This document shows, piece by piece, positions 62,656 through 64,000 of a stretch of DNA of 64,000 nt (positions are counted from its first letter, which is position 1; each line of letters opens with the position of its first letter). Made by a program: the position numbers and the translations under genes. The stretch comes from Alphaproteobacteria bacterium (lineage in GTDB: Bacteria > Pseudomonadota > Alphaproteobacteria > VGDZ01): NCBI GenBank assembly GCA_016869515.1, contig VGDZ01000008.1:2437-66436 (forward strand), read 5' to 3'. The notes beneath the pieces were generated by a model. The model worked only from the letters and a program-made list of their open reading frames with translations, did not search any database and was not told the DNA's origin.

Positions 62656-63182
62656 TCGATGACCTTCTCGAGCTGGATGAAGGGGCCGGCCATCATGCCC
62701 TGGCTGCGGAAGAAGGACAGGTTGAGGTTGTCGTCGCGCCGCAGCATGGTGCGCAGGTGCTTGATGCCGGCGCCGCGGAAGCGTTCGGCCACGGCATCGA
62801 CCAGCCGGCTGCCGACATTGCGCAGCCGCGCCCCCGGATCGACGCCGATGGCGAACACCCAGCCGCAGGGCGGCGAGCCGAACTCCCAGGCGCGGATTTC
62901 GCCGATGGCGAAGCCGAGGAAGCGCCCCTCCGCCTCGGCCACCAGGAACCAGCGTTCCTTCGGCCGGCGCAGCACGCGGCGATGCAGATCGCGCCAATAG
63001 GCCGGCTTGGCCTCGCCGGTGTTGCGCGCGTCCAGCGCCGCCACCGCCGGCAGATCGCCCGGCCGCGCGGCGCGGATCACGGGCTCGATCCGGCCTCTTG
63101 ACGGCGCCGGGGAGGCGCCCCGGGGAGGCGCCGGGGAGGCGCTCGAGGCGGTCTTGCGCACGGATCGCGACTCCATTGTCAT
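62652..63182 (-). CDS. GNAT-family N-acetyltransferase
   Basis: 176 aa from ATG 63182. An alternative GTG start at 63080 would give a canonical MIRAARPGDLPAV N-terminus. FAIGVDPGARLRNVGSRLV acetyl-CoA motif. Confidence 0.75.
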   Translation of the reverse strand: MTMESRSVRKTASSASPAPPRGASPAPSRGRIEPVIRAARPGDLPAVAALDARNTGEAKPAYWRDLHRRVLRRPKERWFLVAEAEGRFLGFAIGEIRAWEFGSPPCGWVFAIGVDPGARLRNVGSRLVDAVAERFRGAGIKHLRTMLRRDDNLNLSFFRSQGMMAGPFIQLEKVIE

Positions 63183-63249
63183 ATTTCAATACCATAATGA
63201 CGATTTAAGCGGCCGACAAGCGCCGCGCGCCGGCAACCGAGACGCGGTG

Positions 63250-64000
63250 TCAGAGCCCGAACAGTTTCCGCGCGTTGCCGCCGCGAATCGCCTCGCGCTG
63301 GTCGGCCGGCAGGGCGGCGGTGTTGGCCAGGGCGCCGTCGATGTCGTGGACCTGGTGCGGCCAGTCGGTGCCGAACAGCACCCGATCCGCGCCGGCGACC
63401 GAGATCAGATAGCGCAGCGCGCCGAGGTCGTAGGTGATGCAGTCGTACCAGATATGGCGCAGGTAGTCGGTCGGCTTGCGCTTCATCTTGCGGCGCTGCG
63501 GCAGCTCGACCGCATCGCCCTTCTCGAACCGGCCGACCAGATAGGGCAGCGCGCCGCCGCCATGCGAGGCGATCAGCTTGAAGTTGGGATAGAGATCGAA
63601 AAAGCCGTCGAACGCCATCCGCGCCACCGCCAGCGTGGTGTCGAACATGAAGCCGACCGCCCAACTCAGGTCGTACTTGCCCATGTCCATGACTTCGCAG
63701 CCGGGCGGCTCGGTCGGGTGCAGCAGCACCGGCAGCGCGCGGCGATCGATCGCCGACCACACCGGCGCGAACCGGGGATCGGTCAGGCTGCGGCCGCCGA
63801 TATTGGCCAGCACCATCACCCCGACGGCGCCGGCATCGCAGGCGCGGTCCAGCTCCTCGACCGCGCGCTGGGGATATTCCCAGGGCAGCGAGGCGAACCA
63901 GCGCAGCCGGTCGGGATGGGCCTTCTGCGCCGCCGCCATGCTGGCGTTGGATTCGCGCGCCGCCTCGGCGCTCACCGCCTCGCCGCCCCAATAGACGTTG
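63250..64000 (-). CDS. amidohydrolase-2 (ACMSD/LigW-type decarboxylase/hydratase) family protein, N-terminus beyond the right edge
   Basis: The frame stays open upstream of the track start (…NVYWGGEAVSAEAARESN). Motifs LLHPTEP, IASHGGGALPY, LFGTDWPH. Confidence 0.75.
   Translation of the reverse strand, partial: NVYWGGEAVSAEAARESNASMAAAQKAHPDRLRWFASLPWEYPQRAVEELDRACDAGAVGVMVLANIGGRSLTDPRFAPVWSAIDRRALPVLLHPTEPPGCEVMDMGKYDLSWAVGFMFDTTLAVARMAFDGFFDLYPNFKLIASHGGGALPYLVGRFEKGDAVELPQRRKMKRKPTDYLRHIWYDCITYDLGALRYLISVAGADRVLFGTDWPHQVHDIDGALANTAALPADQREAIRGGNARKLFGL

Overview
High-GC (visually about 68-70%) chromosomal segment with alphaproteobacterial-type synteny, almost fully coding. Many neighbouring genes overlap by ATGA/GTGA/TGATG, which suggests translational coupling.

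Left third (1-18.6 kb): a housekeeping array on the minus strand (aroA-cmk-rpsA-sppA-ihfB-lapA-like-OCD-pyrF-trpFBA-accD-folC), plus acs, tRNA-Ala(GGC), an ArsR/SRPBCC pair and a class III nucleotide cyclase.

Middle (18.7-34.8 kb):
- a 1373-bp IS110/IS1111-family element inserted into a palindromic intergenic repeat; an intact empty-site copy of that repeat lies at 49.7 kb
- a TctABC-linked catabolic operon of unknown substrate
- a low-GC acyltransferase gene
- an ABC transporter operon, an isochorismatase/cupin pair and tRNA-Lys(CUU)

Then rodA-mrdA-mreDCB and leuA (34.8-42 kb), with a candidate Leu-rich leader ORF upstream of leuA.

Right third (42-64 kb): an anaerobic aromatic-catabolism neighbourhood.
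- an uncharacterised operon: hotdog thioesterase, a signal-less molybdopterin oxidoreductase, a fused 4x[4Fe-4S]/8-TM anchor and a tandem GNAT
- a complete Thauera-type benzoyl-CoA module (had-oah-dch-bcrCBAD-fdx) divergent from korAB
- accessory genes: a secreted ankyrin protein, a rubrerythrin-like protein, GNAT-Rrf2-PaaY-like and an amidohydrolase-2 gene

No rRNA, CRISPR array or prophage was seen. Many long ORFs in the supplied track are off-frame or antisense artefacts of the high GC content. All functional calls rest on my recognition of motifs and families in the translations; no database search was run.
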